DNA of 24,823 nucleotides from Candidatus Omnitrophota bacterium (GTDB lineage Bacteria; Omnitrophota; Gorgyraeia; Zapsychrales; Zapsychraceae): NCBI GenBank assembly GCA_015233405.1, contig JADFXT010000022.1, positions 1 to 24,823 of the forward strand, read 5' to 3'. Shown piece by piece: positions 8,203 to 16,757 of this stretch (position 1 is its first letter; each line of letters starts with the position of its first letter). The notes under the pieces were generated by a model. It saw only the letters and a program-made list of their open reading frames with translations, ran no database searches and was not told where the DNA came from. The position numbers and the translations under genes were made by a program.

Positions 8203-8679
8203 ATGAAATCCATCAATCATTCCCTCGACATTTTATTCATGCAGGAAGCTCTTAAGGAGGCCCGAAAGGCTTTTGACAAGGATGAAGTCCCTGTCGGAGC
8301 GGTCATTGTTTTTAAGAATCAAGTTATCGCCCGGGCGCATAATCAGGTTGAAATGCTTAAAGACCCCACCGCGCATGCCGAGATGATCGCTATCACTCAG
8401 GCCACAAATTCTTTATCCTCTAAGTGGCTTTTGGATTGCACATTATATTCGACCATCGAGCCCTGCAGTATGTGTGCGGGCGCTTTGGTCTTAGCGCGTA
8501 TCAAAAAAATTTATTTCGGAGCCAAAGATCCTAAGACTGGGGCGTGCGGCAGTGTGGTTAATATCGTCCGACATAAGAAATTAAATCATCAATTGGAAAT
8601 CAAAAGAGGCCTCTTAGAAAAAGAGTGTGGGGCTATAATGACGGATTTTTTTAGAAAGAAACGTTCGGGTGAGAAATAA
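8203..8679 (+). CDS. tadA: tRNA-specific adenosine-34 deaminase
   Basis: 158 aa with the CDA-fold zinc motifs HAEMIAI and PCSMCAGAL, and the typical N-terminus …FMQEALKEARKA…EVPVGAVIV. The start could alternatively be the internal Met at 8239. Confidence 0.85.
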   Translation: MKSINHSLDILFMQEALKEARKAFDKDEVPVGAVIVFKNQVIARAHNQVEMLKDPTAHAEMIAITQATNSLSSKWLLDCTLYSTIEPCSMCAGALVLARIKKIYFGAKDPKTGACGSVVNIVRHKKLNHQLEIKRGLLEKECGAIMTDFFRKKRSGEK

Positions 8680-8792
8680 GGGACATGTCCTTTACAGATA
8701 AAAGAAAATCTGATATATTGGCGTGTCTTTAGATAGCAGAACTACCGAATATGCACGCCTTTAAAACTTCGTTAGATTTCTTCGTATTCTTT

Positions 8793-8884
8793 GGAGAGGT
8801 GGCAGAGCGGCTGAATGCAACTCCCTGCTAAGGAGTTAACCTGGGTAACTGGGTTCTCGGGTTCGAATCCCGACCTCTCCGCCA
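8793..8884 (+). tRNA. tRNA-Ser(GCU), type II with long variable arm, CCA encoded
   Basis: Acceptor GGAGAGG/CCTCTCC. Anticodon stem ACTCC/GGAGT with loop CTGCTAA (anticodon GCT). Long variable arm. T-arm TCGGG-TTCGAAT-CCCGA, discriminator G, then CCA. Confidence 0.85.
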
Positions 8885-8928
8885 GTTTTTAGGTGAACCC
8901 TCCGACGAGAGCCATAGCTGGTTTTGGC

Positions 8929-8950
8929 TTGCGCAGAAGGGGATTCGAAC
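8929..8950 (-). other. Inverted fragment resembling a tRNA 3' end (T-loop plus acceptor 3' strand) from a different tRNA
   Basis: Minus strand reads GTTCGAATCCCCTTCTGCGCAAG, i.e. (G)TTCGAAT T-loop followed by T-stem 3' strand and a 7-nt acceptor-like run. There is no matching 5' half. A 12-nt GGTTCGAATCCC-type match is unlikely by chance in 25 kb. Confidence 0.3.
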
Positions 8951-9000
8951 TTTTTAATTTAAAAATCAAGGGTTTTAAGGCTAAAAGGAGGACTTGAATT

Positions 9001-9420
9001 ATGAGAAAAATACTATCGGTCATGTTGTGTTTAGGCTTAGTTGGGTGCGCAACAACGATGTCTCAGTCAATTGCGCCTAATAGGGAGAATTTACTAAAAC
9101 TTTCTATAGGTATGACAAAAGACCAAGCGCTGAACATTATGGGAACTAAAGCATTTACTGCCGGTGGTTTTAATTTTGTTGGTGGTTATAATACTGCAGG
9201 GCCAGCGGTAACTATTACGAACCCCTATCGTTCCGAAATCCTGCAAGGTAAAGATAAAAACCTTGAGGTAATATATTATGTAACTGATGATAAAACTGGA
9301 AATGGTGTGATAACAGATGATGACTTAACTCCTCTTGTTTTTGATAATGGTAAACTTATAGGATGGGGGAGGAGTTTTTTGCAAGATAATGCACAGAAAT
9401 ATGAAATAAGGATAAGGTAG
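9001..9420 (+). CDS. Outer-membrane lipoprotein, SmpA/OmlA (BamE-like) fold candidate
   Basis: Lipobox LGLVGC at residues 11-16 (signal peptidase II site). LKLSIGMTKDQALNIMG matches the GMTKDQV core of the SmpA/OmlA (BamE) domain. Strong RBS AAAAGGAGGA upstream. Confidence 0.65.
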   Translation: MRKILSVMLCLGLVGCATTMSQSIAPNRENLLKLSIGMTKDQALNIMGTKAFTAGGFNFVGGYNTAGPAVTITNPYRSEILQGKDKNLEVIYYVTDDKTGNGVITDDDLTPLVFDNGKLIGWGRSFLQDNAQKYEIRIR

Positions 9421-9434
9421 TCTTCTGAGGGAGC

Positions 9435-10265
9435 ATGAGTCTCAAAAGAATTAGAAACGTTAATGAAGTGGTGGAGCTTTATAACTCAACAACAAAAGAA
9501 GGTTCTCTATTTATATTCCGGGGGGTTTCTTGTGAAGCTTATCCTTTGTTTCCAAGGATTGAGTGGGATGAAAAGGCGAATAAGGCAGCTGAGCAAGGAA
9601 ATTTTAATGACTTCAAGAAGTCTCTTGAGAATCAAGGCTATTTTAAGCAAGACTTCATACACAATGATTTTAGAACGTTGGGCTTGGCACAGCACTATCA
9701 GCGTTTTCCAACTAGACTGCTCGATTGGACAAGTTGCATTTTAATAGCATTATATTTCGTATGTAAAAATAAGAAGAAACATAATCAGGATGGAGCTATT
9801 TGGTGTTTTCCTTTGCCCTTGGATTCCAATGACAGTATTTGGCTGACTCCAAGGGAAGAGAGCGTGATGTCCCCGTTTAATTTGGATCAGTTCAAGATTT
9901 TTATCTGCGGGTCTTTCATTGATGATTTTAAAATGCGTTTGCCAAAAAAGGATGGGCGGAAAGCGTTTGGTAACAGCAGAGATATAAAACAGCAATCAAT
10001 AATGACGTTGCACCCTAAAAATAAGGCTGGTAAATTCGGCAATCTGGAAGATTTAAAGCAGAAATATGGCTTGGAAAAGATTTTAGTCCCAAAAGGTTGC
10101 AAGAAAACAATTCTCAATGACCTTTCAAAGGATCCTTGGAGAATTACGCGCAATACTCTTTTTTATGGTGTATCTGCGAGGGCGCTGAAGAGTAAGGATA
10201 TCTTGAGTGATATAGTGGCAAAGAATCTCAAAGTCTACGATAGACGGGCTTTAATAAATCTATAA
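9435..10265 (+). CDS. FRG-domain protein (276 aa)
   Basis: Carries both hallmark FRG-domain blocks: SLFIFRGVS and LGLAQHYQRFPTRLLDWTSCILIALYF (consensus roughly FRGq… and aQHyGlPTRLLDWT). Lower GC than flanking core genes. Confidence 0.75.
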   Translation: MSLKRIRNVNEVVELYNSTTKEGSLFIFRGVSCEAYPLFPRIEWDEKANKAAEQGNFNDFKKSLENQGYFKQDFIHNDFRTLGLAQHYQRFPTRLLDWTSCILIALYFVCKNKKKHNQDGAIWCFPLPLDSNDSIWLTPREESVMSPFNLDQFKIFICGSFIDDFKMRLPKKDGRKAFGNSRDIKQQSIMTLHPKNKAGKFGNLEDLKQKYGLEKILVPKGCKKTILNDLSKDPWRITRNTLFYGVSARALKSKDILSDIVAKNLKVYDRRALINL

Positions 10266-10273
10266 AGGCATTG

Positions 10274-10441
10274 TTAGATAACGTAATCATAGTAAGATTC
10301 TGAGTTAGTTGGTTCTTTAGGTTTTATAGGTTTATTGAATATGGGTTCGTCTAGGGCGATGAGCCAGCCCATACCGCGTTTGCGGTGAATTTTTATAAGT
10401 AGCGGTATCTCAAGAGGTTGCAGGGTTCGCATTTCGTCCAT
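10274..10441 (-). CDS. Small ORF (55 aa) MDEMRTLQPLEIPLLIKIHRKRGMGWLIALDEPIFNKPIKPKEPTNSESYYDYVI, convergent with the FRG gene
   Basis: Open frame found by hand (below the 60-aa cutoff of the track). No RBS or family recognised. An imperfect A/T-rich inverted repeat (about 10455-10470 versus 10496-10518) lies just upstream on this strand. Confidence 0.2.
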   Translation of the reverse strand: MDEMRTLQPLEIPLLIKIHRKRGMGWLIALDEPIFNKPIKPKEPTNSESYYDYVI

Positions 10442-10603
10442 GACTACCCGCCAGATAAAAACAAAAACTGTAAGTTGTTATAAAATTATGATTTGCAGTT
10501 TTTTGTTTTGTTTTTGAGTGTTTTGGCGCCCTAAATATGCCCAAACACAGGTAAAGTGAATCCTCGGGCGTTAGGCCGGGGAGATTCATGAAAAAATTAA
10601 AAC

Positions 10604-12499
10604 ATGTCCATTATCGCAATTATTATTATCTCAAGCGTCACCACCTACCTTTTATATCTTTTATTTTTTCATTATTCTTTTTTCATATGGTCATCGATTT
10701 CCATTCCGCCTAAGGCCTTCACGTCTTTTATCCAATCTCCTGTCAACGGCGGGAATGACGGGGTTGAATTATACGTATTATATGCTTTGATGTTTCTAAG
10801 CATAGGATTGGCAGTATTTTTATATGTTGTTATTTCAAAAATAAACAATGATTTGGTCAAGAGGGCAATTCTTCTTTCTTTTTCTATCCTATTAGTATTC
10901 TTTTTTAAAGATGTTGGGTTTGTCCCTCCGGCATCCATGTCTATCGTCAGCTTTCCCGGAATTATTTTTGTTCTTTGCATATTATTTGTTTTGTTTATTC
11001 TATTGAGGCTCTTCAAGAAAGAGTCTTGGGAGTCTTTATTTTTTATTATCGTCTTATTTGCCGTTTGTTTTATCCCGTGCGAAAAATTTTCTCTTTCAGA
11101 TTTAAACTATATTTTTGCTCCAGCGTTGAGGATCGTAAATGGCTTTAGCCTAAGAGCGTCATATTGCCAATACGATTATTCTCTCTCTTTATTAGCGGCC
11201 CTTTGGATGAAGCTGCATCTTTGGATTTATGCTTTTCCTGTTCTAGAACAATTTTCATTTTATGCCTTATTGATCGGGATCTATTTCTTTTCCAAGAGGT
11301 ATTTTCTTTATAACCGTTTGGCTGTTTTTTTAGTAATAAGCTTAACGATTATTAAGATCTATGGCAATTTGGGGATCAATACAGAATATTTTCAAGTTTC
11401 GCCTTTTCGGTTGGATTTATGGCTCTTGGTGCTTTTCTTGGCTTATTGGAAGGGATTGCATCATTGGATCGTCGGAGCGTTCCTTGGATTTCTCATCGTT
11501 TTTCATCATTCCTTTGGTGCTATTTATACGTTGTCTTATGTCCAAGTGCTGTTACTTTTATGCCTTATTGATATAAAGGACCGAAGGATTCCTTTTAAAG
11601 GGCGTTTAAAGGAGTATAGCTCTCTTTATATGAAGAATGTTGTTCTTGTAATAATTTCTTTCTTAATTTATAAGATGTTTTTTGCCCCTGAATTTCCGGA
11701 AGCGGGGGAGATGTTTCGAAAGTATAATATCGGATTTTTGCCTATTTCTAGACGTTCTTTTTATTGGTATGTCCCTGGGTTACTGAGTGCTCTTTTTTTG
11801 CTTTTATTGAAAAATAGGCCTCGTCAAGATAGAGGATGGTCGGAAGGTCCTCTGGGGTTTTCTACAAAATATTTTCAGACAAGTCTTTTCCTTATCTTTT
11901 TAGCCATTGGGAATTCTTTGTATTTTTTTGGCCGAAGTCATGAAAATAACATTCTAAATGTTTCTGGAATATTAATGCTTGTTCTGTTTTTATTTCTTGA
12001 TGTATTGGGTTTTGAAATAAATAAAGATCAAAAAGTCCGGGCCAAGAAATTCGTTTTACCAGTTTTTTCTGGCCTTATTATTCTAGTAATTAGTTGCTCC
12101 TATGCTGAAAGAGCTGTCGAGAGAATTAAACGCCAGTATAAATTTTTAACGTCTGGGAATGCGTCGCGCCGGCTGTATTATCAATCCCCTGTGGATTTAA
12201 AGATAGACGAGGTCAAAAGAGTAACCCATAACAGCCGCAAAGTCATTTTTATCAGCAATGTCGATTTTTATTATTATTACGAAGGGGGCTATGCCCCTCC
12301 AGAGAATTTTTATTGTTTTACACAAAGCTGGTTTTATAAAGAAGACCTCGTAAATTTTTGGAATACCCAATTAAGCAAGGGCTATTATTTGTTAATCCCT
12401 GCTGATGAATTTTCGCATTACCTGCCTAATCTTGTAGAAATGAACCATAATAATGCTACGCTGAAACTGCCGGATTTCGTGGTTATTTTTAATCCTTGA
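10604..12499 (+). CDS. Polytopic membrane protein (631 aa; about 12+ TM helices over the first ~470 aa plus a ~150-aa C-terminal soluble domain), GT-C-like architecture
   Basis: Extreme hydrophobic, F/L/I-rich N-terminal two-thirds. The Y/W-rich C-terminal domain (…FYYYYEGGYAPPENFYCFTQSWFYKEDLVNFWN…) resembles the periplasmic domain organisation of lipid-linked glycosyltransferases (ArnT/PMT-like). Inference only; no diagnostic motif identified. Confidence 0.55.
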   Translation: MSIIAIIIISSVTTYLLYLLFFHYSFFIWSSISIPPKAFTSFIQSPVNGGNDGVELYVLYALMFLSIGLAVFLYVVISKINNDLVKRAILLSFSILLVFFFKDVGFVPPASMSIVSFPGIIFVLCILFVLFILLRLFKKESWESLFFIIVLFAVCFIPCEKFSLSDLNYIFAPALRIVNGFSLRASYCQYDYSLSLLAALWMKLHLWIYAFPVLEQFSFYALLIGIYFFSKRYFLYNRLAVFLVISLTIIKIYGNLGINTEYFQVSPFRLDLWLLVLFLAYWKGLHHWIVGAFLGFLIVFHHSFGAIYTLSYVQVLLLLCLIDIKDRRIPFKGRLKEYSSLYMKNVVLVIISFLIYKMFFAPEFPEAGEMFRKYNIGFLPISRRSFYWYVPGLLSALFLLLLKNRPRQDRGWSEGPLGFSTKYFQTSLFLIFLAIGNSLYFFGRSHENNILNVSGILMLVLFLFLDVLGFEINKDQKVRAKKFVLPVFSGLIILVISCSYAERAVERIKRQYKFLTSGNASRRLYYQSPVDLKIDEVKRVTHNSRKVIFISNVDFYYYYEGGYAPPENFYCFTQSWFYKEDLVNFWNTQLSKGYYLLIPADEFSHYLPNLVEMNHNNATLKLPDFVVIFNP

Positions 12500-12684
12500 A
12501 AGGCGGCTTATTTTTACTAAAGTCTTGCGTGAAGTTAAAAATTTCTTAAAAAACTATTCTGTTGCTTCTCGACGGTGTTTTTGATAAAGTATTACAGTTT
12601 TAGAATTTTTAGCCCAGTTTATTTTAAGAGTCCAAGCCATTTTTGTTTAACTATAAACAATCGATATAAATAAGGAGGAAGAAC

Positions 12685-13974
12685 ATGGATACGACCTGGA
12701 CAGTTGTTGTCGGGATAGTGCTACTTATTATTGGTTATCTTGCAAGGCACATCTTAGGAGGTATGGTTGGTCTTTATAAAGTTGTTCCCGTCAATGAAGC
12801 GCACATCAGAATTTTACAAAATACGAAATCCATTTTTTCTTCCCGAACAAATAAAAGTGCTTATTGGATCGTCCCATTTATTACCAAAATGCACAAGCTG
12901 CCGTTGTGCAATCTCGCGATTCCCGTCAATGATATAAAATTAAATGACAAGGATATGGCTAAATTTGTCAGCGATATTATGTGCTTCGTTAATATCAAGA
13001 ATATTGATTTAGCCGTCGAGAGACTGATTTTAACGGATACATCCAAGGAAATGGGTTTCGATTTTACACGTCTTTCCGAAGATTTGCGCGCGATCATGGA
13101 AAGCGTGGGCAGAACCGTCACGACCAAGCAAACCATTCTAGACATTTATATGAACAGGCAGCTTTTAGATAGTGCTATCACCAAAGAAGTTGAGGTCGTT
13201 TTCCCTAAATGGGGGATTGAGCTTGTGGACTTGGAGCTCAAGGACATCAAGGACGCTCCGGGAAGCACGATCATTGCCGATATAGAACGAAAAGTTGCTT
13301 CAGAGATCCGTCGGGATGCCGAGATAAGGGTTGCGACGACTACGAGAGAAGCAGAAGTTGCCAAGGCTGAAGCTGAAGAAGTTTATCGAAAAAGACAAAT
13401 AGAAAAAGATAAGCAGATCGCCATGGCGGAACAGTTTAAGAACCAGGAAGTCGCGACCAAGGAAGCGGAAGCGAATATCCAAAGGATCGAGGCCATGAGG
13501 AAATTGCAAGTCGGCCAGGCGGAAATTGAAAAACAGAAAATGGAACAGCTGGCCATGGGGCAGAAAATAAAATTCACGGTTGAGGCGGAAGGCCAGGCGA
13601 ATCAGATACAGAACGTCGGTAAGGCGGAGGCGGATATTATCCGGATTAAGAAAGAAGCTGATGCCGCGGGTACGCTTAAGTTGGCTGAAGCCTTAAAGCA
13701 ATATAATGATGTGGCCATCAATGTTAAGATTTTGGATGTTCAGAAAGACATTATGCTCGCTAAATTTAACGCCCTTGCCCAGGCCATTCAGCATGCGGAT
13801 ATTAAATGGATCATGAGCGGCGCCAACGCCCAGAAATTCTTCGGGATCAACCTCGATGCAGAAGGAGGAGCCAATATGGAACAGTTCCTTCAAGAAAGCG
13901 GATTAGACCTGGAAAAATTAAGGGGTTTATTTAAAAAAGACGAAGCAGATCTCAAGACCGTTAAAAAAGTTTAA
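12685..13974 (+). CDS. Flotillin-like SPFH/band-7 protein (FloT/YqiK family)
   Basis: N-terminal TM helix, then an SPFH domain, then long E/A/K/Q-rich coiled-coil repeats (EAEVAKAEAEEVYRKRQIEKDKQIAMAEQ…) typical of bacterial flotillins. Excellent RBS AAGGAGG at 12673-12679. Confidence 0.8.
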   Translation: MDTTWTVVVGIVLLIIGYLARHILGGMVGLYKVVPVNEAHIRILQNTKSIFSSRTNKSAYWIVPFITKMHKLPLCNLAIPVNDIKLNDKDMAKFVSDIMCFVNIKNIDLAVERLILTDTSKEMGFDFTRLSEDLRAIMESVGRTVTTKQTILDIYMNRQLLDSAITKEVEVVFPKWGIELVDLELKDIKDAPGSTIIADIERKVASEIRRDAEIRVATTTREAEVAKAEAEEVYRKRQIEKDKQIAMAEQFKNQEVATKEAEANIQRIEAMRKLQVGQAEIEKQKMEQLAMGQKIKFTVEAEGQANQIQNVGKAEADIIRIKKEADAAGTLKLAEALKQYNDVAINVKILDVQKDIMLAKFNALAQAIQHADIKWIMSGANAQKFFGINLDAEGGANMEQFLQESGLDLEKLRGLFKKDEADLKTVKKV

Positions 13975-14026
13975 TTGTATTTAAAATTTATCATCCGGCG
14001 CTGAATTTATGCAAGTTACTATTAAA

Positions 14027-14070
14027 AACGCAACCTGTTAAGAGTTTGACGGGTTGCGTTTTATTTTTTG
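14027..14070 (+). terminator. Rho-independent terminator after the flotillin gene
   Basis: AACGCAACC…GGTTGCGTT (9-bp stem) followed by TTATTTTTTGGGTTTGG. Confidence 0.55.
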
Positions 14071-14235
14071 GGTTTGGTTTGTATGCGTTTTTATGATTTT
14101 ATCGTATATTTCTATGCTTAAATGTTGGGAATGAGCTTCGTTTTTTTACGCATAGATGTTAAAATAGGCTGTTATTTTTTTGGTAAGGCGTTGAGCGCAT
14201 AGTTACAACAATTGATGTTGAGGCAGGAGCATATA

Positions 14236-15084
14236 ATGGATATTCATCAGGGAGAAAAAACAAAGCAGGTTTTTTTATTCGCAGCTCATTTTTATTCGCA
14301 TGCGATTATAAAAGAGTTTAGAAAATTACAGGCAGCCACTAAAGATATCGGAGACTGTTTTATCCTTTTTCATCAGCAAGGCAGCAATGGCGTCGACCGT
14401 AGGATTCTAAACGTCCCGCATTATATTGTTAATGATTCGGCGCTAGCGGTTTTAGGATATAAGCCGTTTTCAGGCGATTCTTTGTATCCCGGCGGGACTC
14501 GTTTCCCTTTTTTTGTTTTTTTTAGAAAACATCGGTATCAATATTATTGGTTTATTGAATATGATGTTAAATTTACAGGAAATTGGAAAAAGTTTTTTCA
14601 CTATTTTGATAATGCAAAAGAGGATTTTCTGACGTGTCACATTCGAAAACATGCGGATGAGCCTGATTGGTCATGGTGGGATAAAATTTTTCATCCGACG
14701 GAAAAAGTTGATTGCTCGAAAAAGATCAGATCATTTAATCCGATTTGCCGAATTTCAGACCCAGCATTAAGTTATATCGATGAGATGCAAAAGAAAGGAT
14801 GGGTGGGACATCAGGAGGTCCTTATCCCTACTTTGCTATATGATGCAGGGTTTAAATTGAGAGATTTTGGTGGAGAGGGCGAATTTGTTTTCTCTCAAGA
14901 TAAGGGCCGTTTTTATCTCGATTCCGATAATTCGAGGCTTAAGGGCGGAACAATGACTTTTAACGACCATTATGTTTCTATATTTAAATATGTTCGTGAT
15001 AAATTATTCCATCCGGTCAAGCCTCACTTTTTAAGAGATGGGCTAAAACGTTTTTGGCAAAGAGAGTTAAAGCGGTTTTCATAA
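14236..15084 (+). CDS. Hypothetical cytoplasmic protein (about 282 aa), W/F/Y-rich, no recognised family
   Basis: ATG at 14236 preceded by AGGAG (14225-14229); the track's 14212 start is a TTG. Possibly a nucleotide-sugar-transferase-like fold, but no clear DxD block. Called hypothetical. Confidence 0.5.
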   Translation: MDIHQGEKTKQVFLFAAHFYSHAIIKEFRKLQAATKDIGDCFILFHQQGSNGVDRRILNVPHYIVNDSALAVLGYKPFSGDSLYPGGTRFPFFVFFRKHRYQYYWFIEYDVKFTGNWKKFFHYFDNAKEDFLTCHIRKHADEPDWSWWDKIFHPTEKVDCSKKIRSFNPICRISDPALSYIDEMQKKGWVGHQEVLIPTLLYDAGFKLRDFGGEGEFVFSQDKGRFYLDSDNSRLKGGTMTFNDHYVSIFKYVRDKLFHPVKPHFLRDGLKRFWQRELKRFS

Positions 15085-15124
15085 TAATGGCAGGAATTCT
15101 CTGCTGCCTAGCATTGGAGGCGAT

Positions 15125-16660
15125 ATGTTTCAACAATGGGTTAATAGCCTTAAGAAGTTTTTTGATTACATAGAATCTGAAGACATCCCCTTGAGCTATT
15201 ATTTTTTTACATTTTTGTCTGTAGTGATGCTTAGAACTTTTTGGGAACATGCCCTTTTGATCCGGGAGCCTTCCTTCGGCGGTTTGGCAGAAGACCTTTT
15301 TCACTTTACGTTTTTTTATGCATCACTGGCAATAACGTTAATCCTTGTTTTTTATCTGTTAACAAAACAGAAGGTCGGACGTCTGGCGCGGTTGGTGATG
15401 TCTTCTTTTATTATCTTAAATATCGTCCCGATTATTGATAGATTATCTGGAGCGAGGGATTTTTTTCATGTCACATATTATTTTCCGCAAGATCACAAGG
15501 ATATTTTTTATCATTTTATTGCCTTTTTTGGCCCCTTGGAAAAATATGGCGCGACGCCGGGGATGCGAATTGAAATCGCGCTCATTTTAATTGCGACAGC
15601 CGTTTATATTTTTGTCAGGACTCGGCAGCTTTGGCGGTCTATTTTGTCCGCCGTCCTTGTTTATATTGTCATTTTTGGTTATCTGGCAACGCCATTTTTA
15701 ATTAACGCGGGTTTTGGTATTATTGGAATGAATGCCGAGATAGATATTTTTCTAATCATTCGTTTTTATTTGGCCTTGATTTTCGTTGGCGGATTGGCTG
15801 TTCTTTACCTGGCAGAACAAAATGTGTTTAAAGAACTCATTAAAGATGCGCGGTTGCCGCGCCTTTTCCATTATGTTCTGTTGATTCTTTTGGGCGTTGT
15901 GATGTATAGAAAATTTGTTATGGGTTTTGTGTCGTTCGGACAAAACGAAATATTCCGTTTGTTTTTCTTGGCGGTTAGCGTAAGTTTTGCCTGGATATTT
16001 TCGGTCGTGACAAACAATTGGGCGGATGAAGATATCGATAGAATTTCAAATCCAACCCGTCCCATGATAACGGGTTCTATTGCGAAGGATTTATATCGAC
16101 GAATTGGCTGGGGAATTTTGATTGCAGCGCTCGTTTATGCTTTGGCTGTCGATGCAGAAGCCTTTAATATTATGATGGTTTTTATCGGAAATTATTTTTT
16201 ATATTCTATGCCGCCTTTTAGGTTTAAGCGGGTCCCGGTGCTTTCCAAGGCCGTCATTGGTTTTAATTCTCTTTTGGTTTTTATGTTAGGGTTTATGGTT
16301 TTTAATAACTCGGCGAATATCCCTTTAGGAATCATTATATTCTTTTTGGTATTTGTGACGGCTTCCGCGAATTTTATTGACCTTAAAGATTATGAAGGCG
16401 ACCTAAAGGTGGGAATCAAGACTCTTCCGGTTATCGTCGGAGTTCCCTGGGCTAAAAGGCTGATCGGCGGGGCCTTTATCCTGACATATATTGTCGCCTA
16501 TGATGTCTTTAGATTGATCGGTTGCTTTTGGATTTGTTTGGCCATGGGATTGGCGCAGTGTTTTTTTATTAATAGAAAAAATTATGATGAGCGCCCGGTC
16601 TTGGGAATGTATATTGTCAGTCTGATTTTTATCATTATTTATAAAACGGTTTTTATGTAA
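15125..16660 (+). CDS. UbiA-superfamily integral-membrane prenyltransferase with ~280-aa extra N-terminal multi-TM extension
   Basis: First Asp-rich motif NNWADEDIDRISNPTRPMITG (NxxxDxxxD…R…RP) and second motif DLKDYEGDLKVGIKTLPV (DxxDxxxD…K…T). GGAGG RBS at 15115-15119. Confidence 0.7.
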   Translation: MFQQWVNSLKKFFDYIESEDIPLSYYFFTFLSVVMLRTFWEHALLIREPSFGGLAEDLFHFTFFYASLAITLILVFYLLTKQKVGRLARLVMSSFIILNIVPIIDRLSGARDFFHVTYYFPQDHKDIFYHFIAFFGPLEKYGATPGMRIEIALILIATAVYIFVRTRQLWRSILSAVLVYIVIFGYLATPFLINAGFGIIGMNAEIDIFLIIRFYLALIFVGGLAVLYLAEQNVFKELIKDARLPRLFHYVLLILLGVVMYRKFVMGFVSFGQNEIFRLFFLAVSVSFAWIFSVVTNNWADEDIDRISNPTRPMITGSIAKDLYRRIGWGILIAALVYALAVDAEAFNIMMVFIGNYFLYSMPPFRFKRVPVLSKAVIGFNSLLVFMLGFMVFNNSANIPLGIIIFFLVFVTASANFIDLKDYEGDLKVGIKTLPVIVGVPWAKRLIGGAFILTYIVAYDVFRLIGCFWICLAMGLAQCFFINRKNYDERPVLGMYIVSLIFIIIYKTVFM

Positions 16661-16757
16661 AAATTGGCCGCTCGGGATGAAATAAGTCAAGAAAATAGGG
16701 AAAAGGGCCGTTGTAAAAGTTTTTTGATGGCATAGAATTTAAGAAAAGGCGTAGCGT

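Noticed and set aside
8683-8693. Palindrome GGGACATGTCC right after the tadA stop
   Set aside because: A 10-bp perfect palindrome with no loop and no following T-tract. Too short to call a terminator or operator with confidence.
9463-9744. Alternative-frame ORFs inside the FRG gene (9463..9744 +, 9507..9695 -, 9750..9995 -, 9887..10153 -)
   Set aside because: Embedded in the FRG coding region, which carries clear family motifs. The AT-rich sequence generates spurious open frames.
10588-10713. ATG at 10588 with GGGGAG upstream (41-aa frame) ahead of the large membrane-protein gene
   Set aside because: Different frame from the 631-aa ORF and ends after 41 codons. The RBS-to-ATG spacing is only ~4 nt. 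Kept only as a possible leader peptide, not called.
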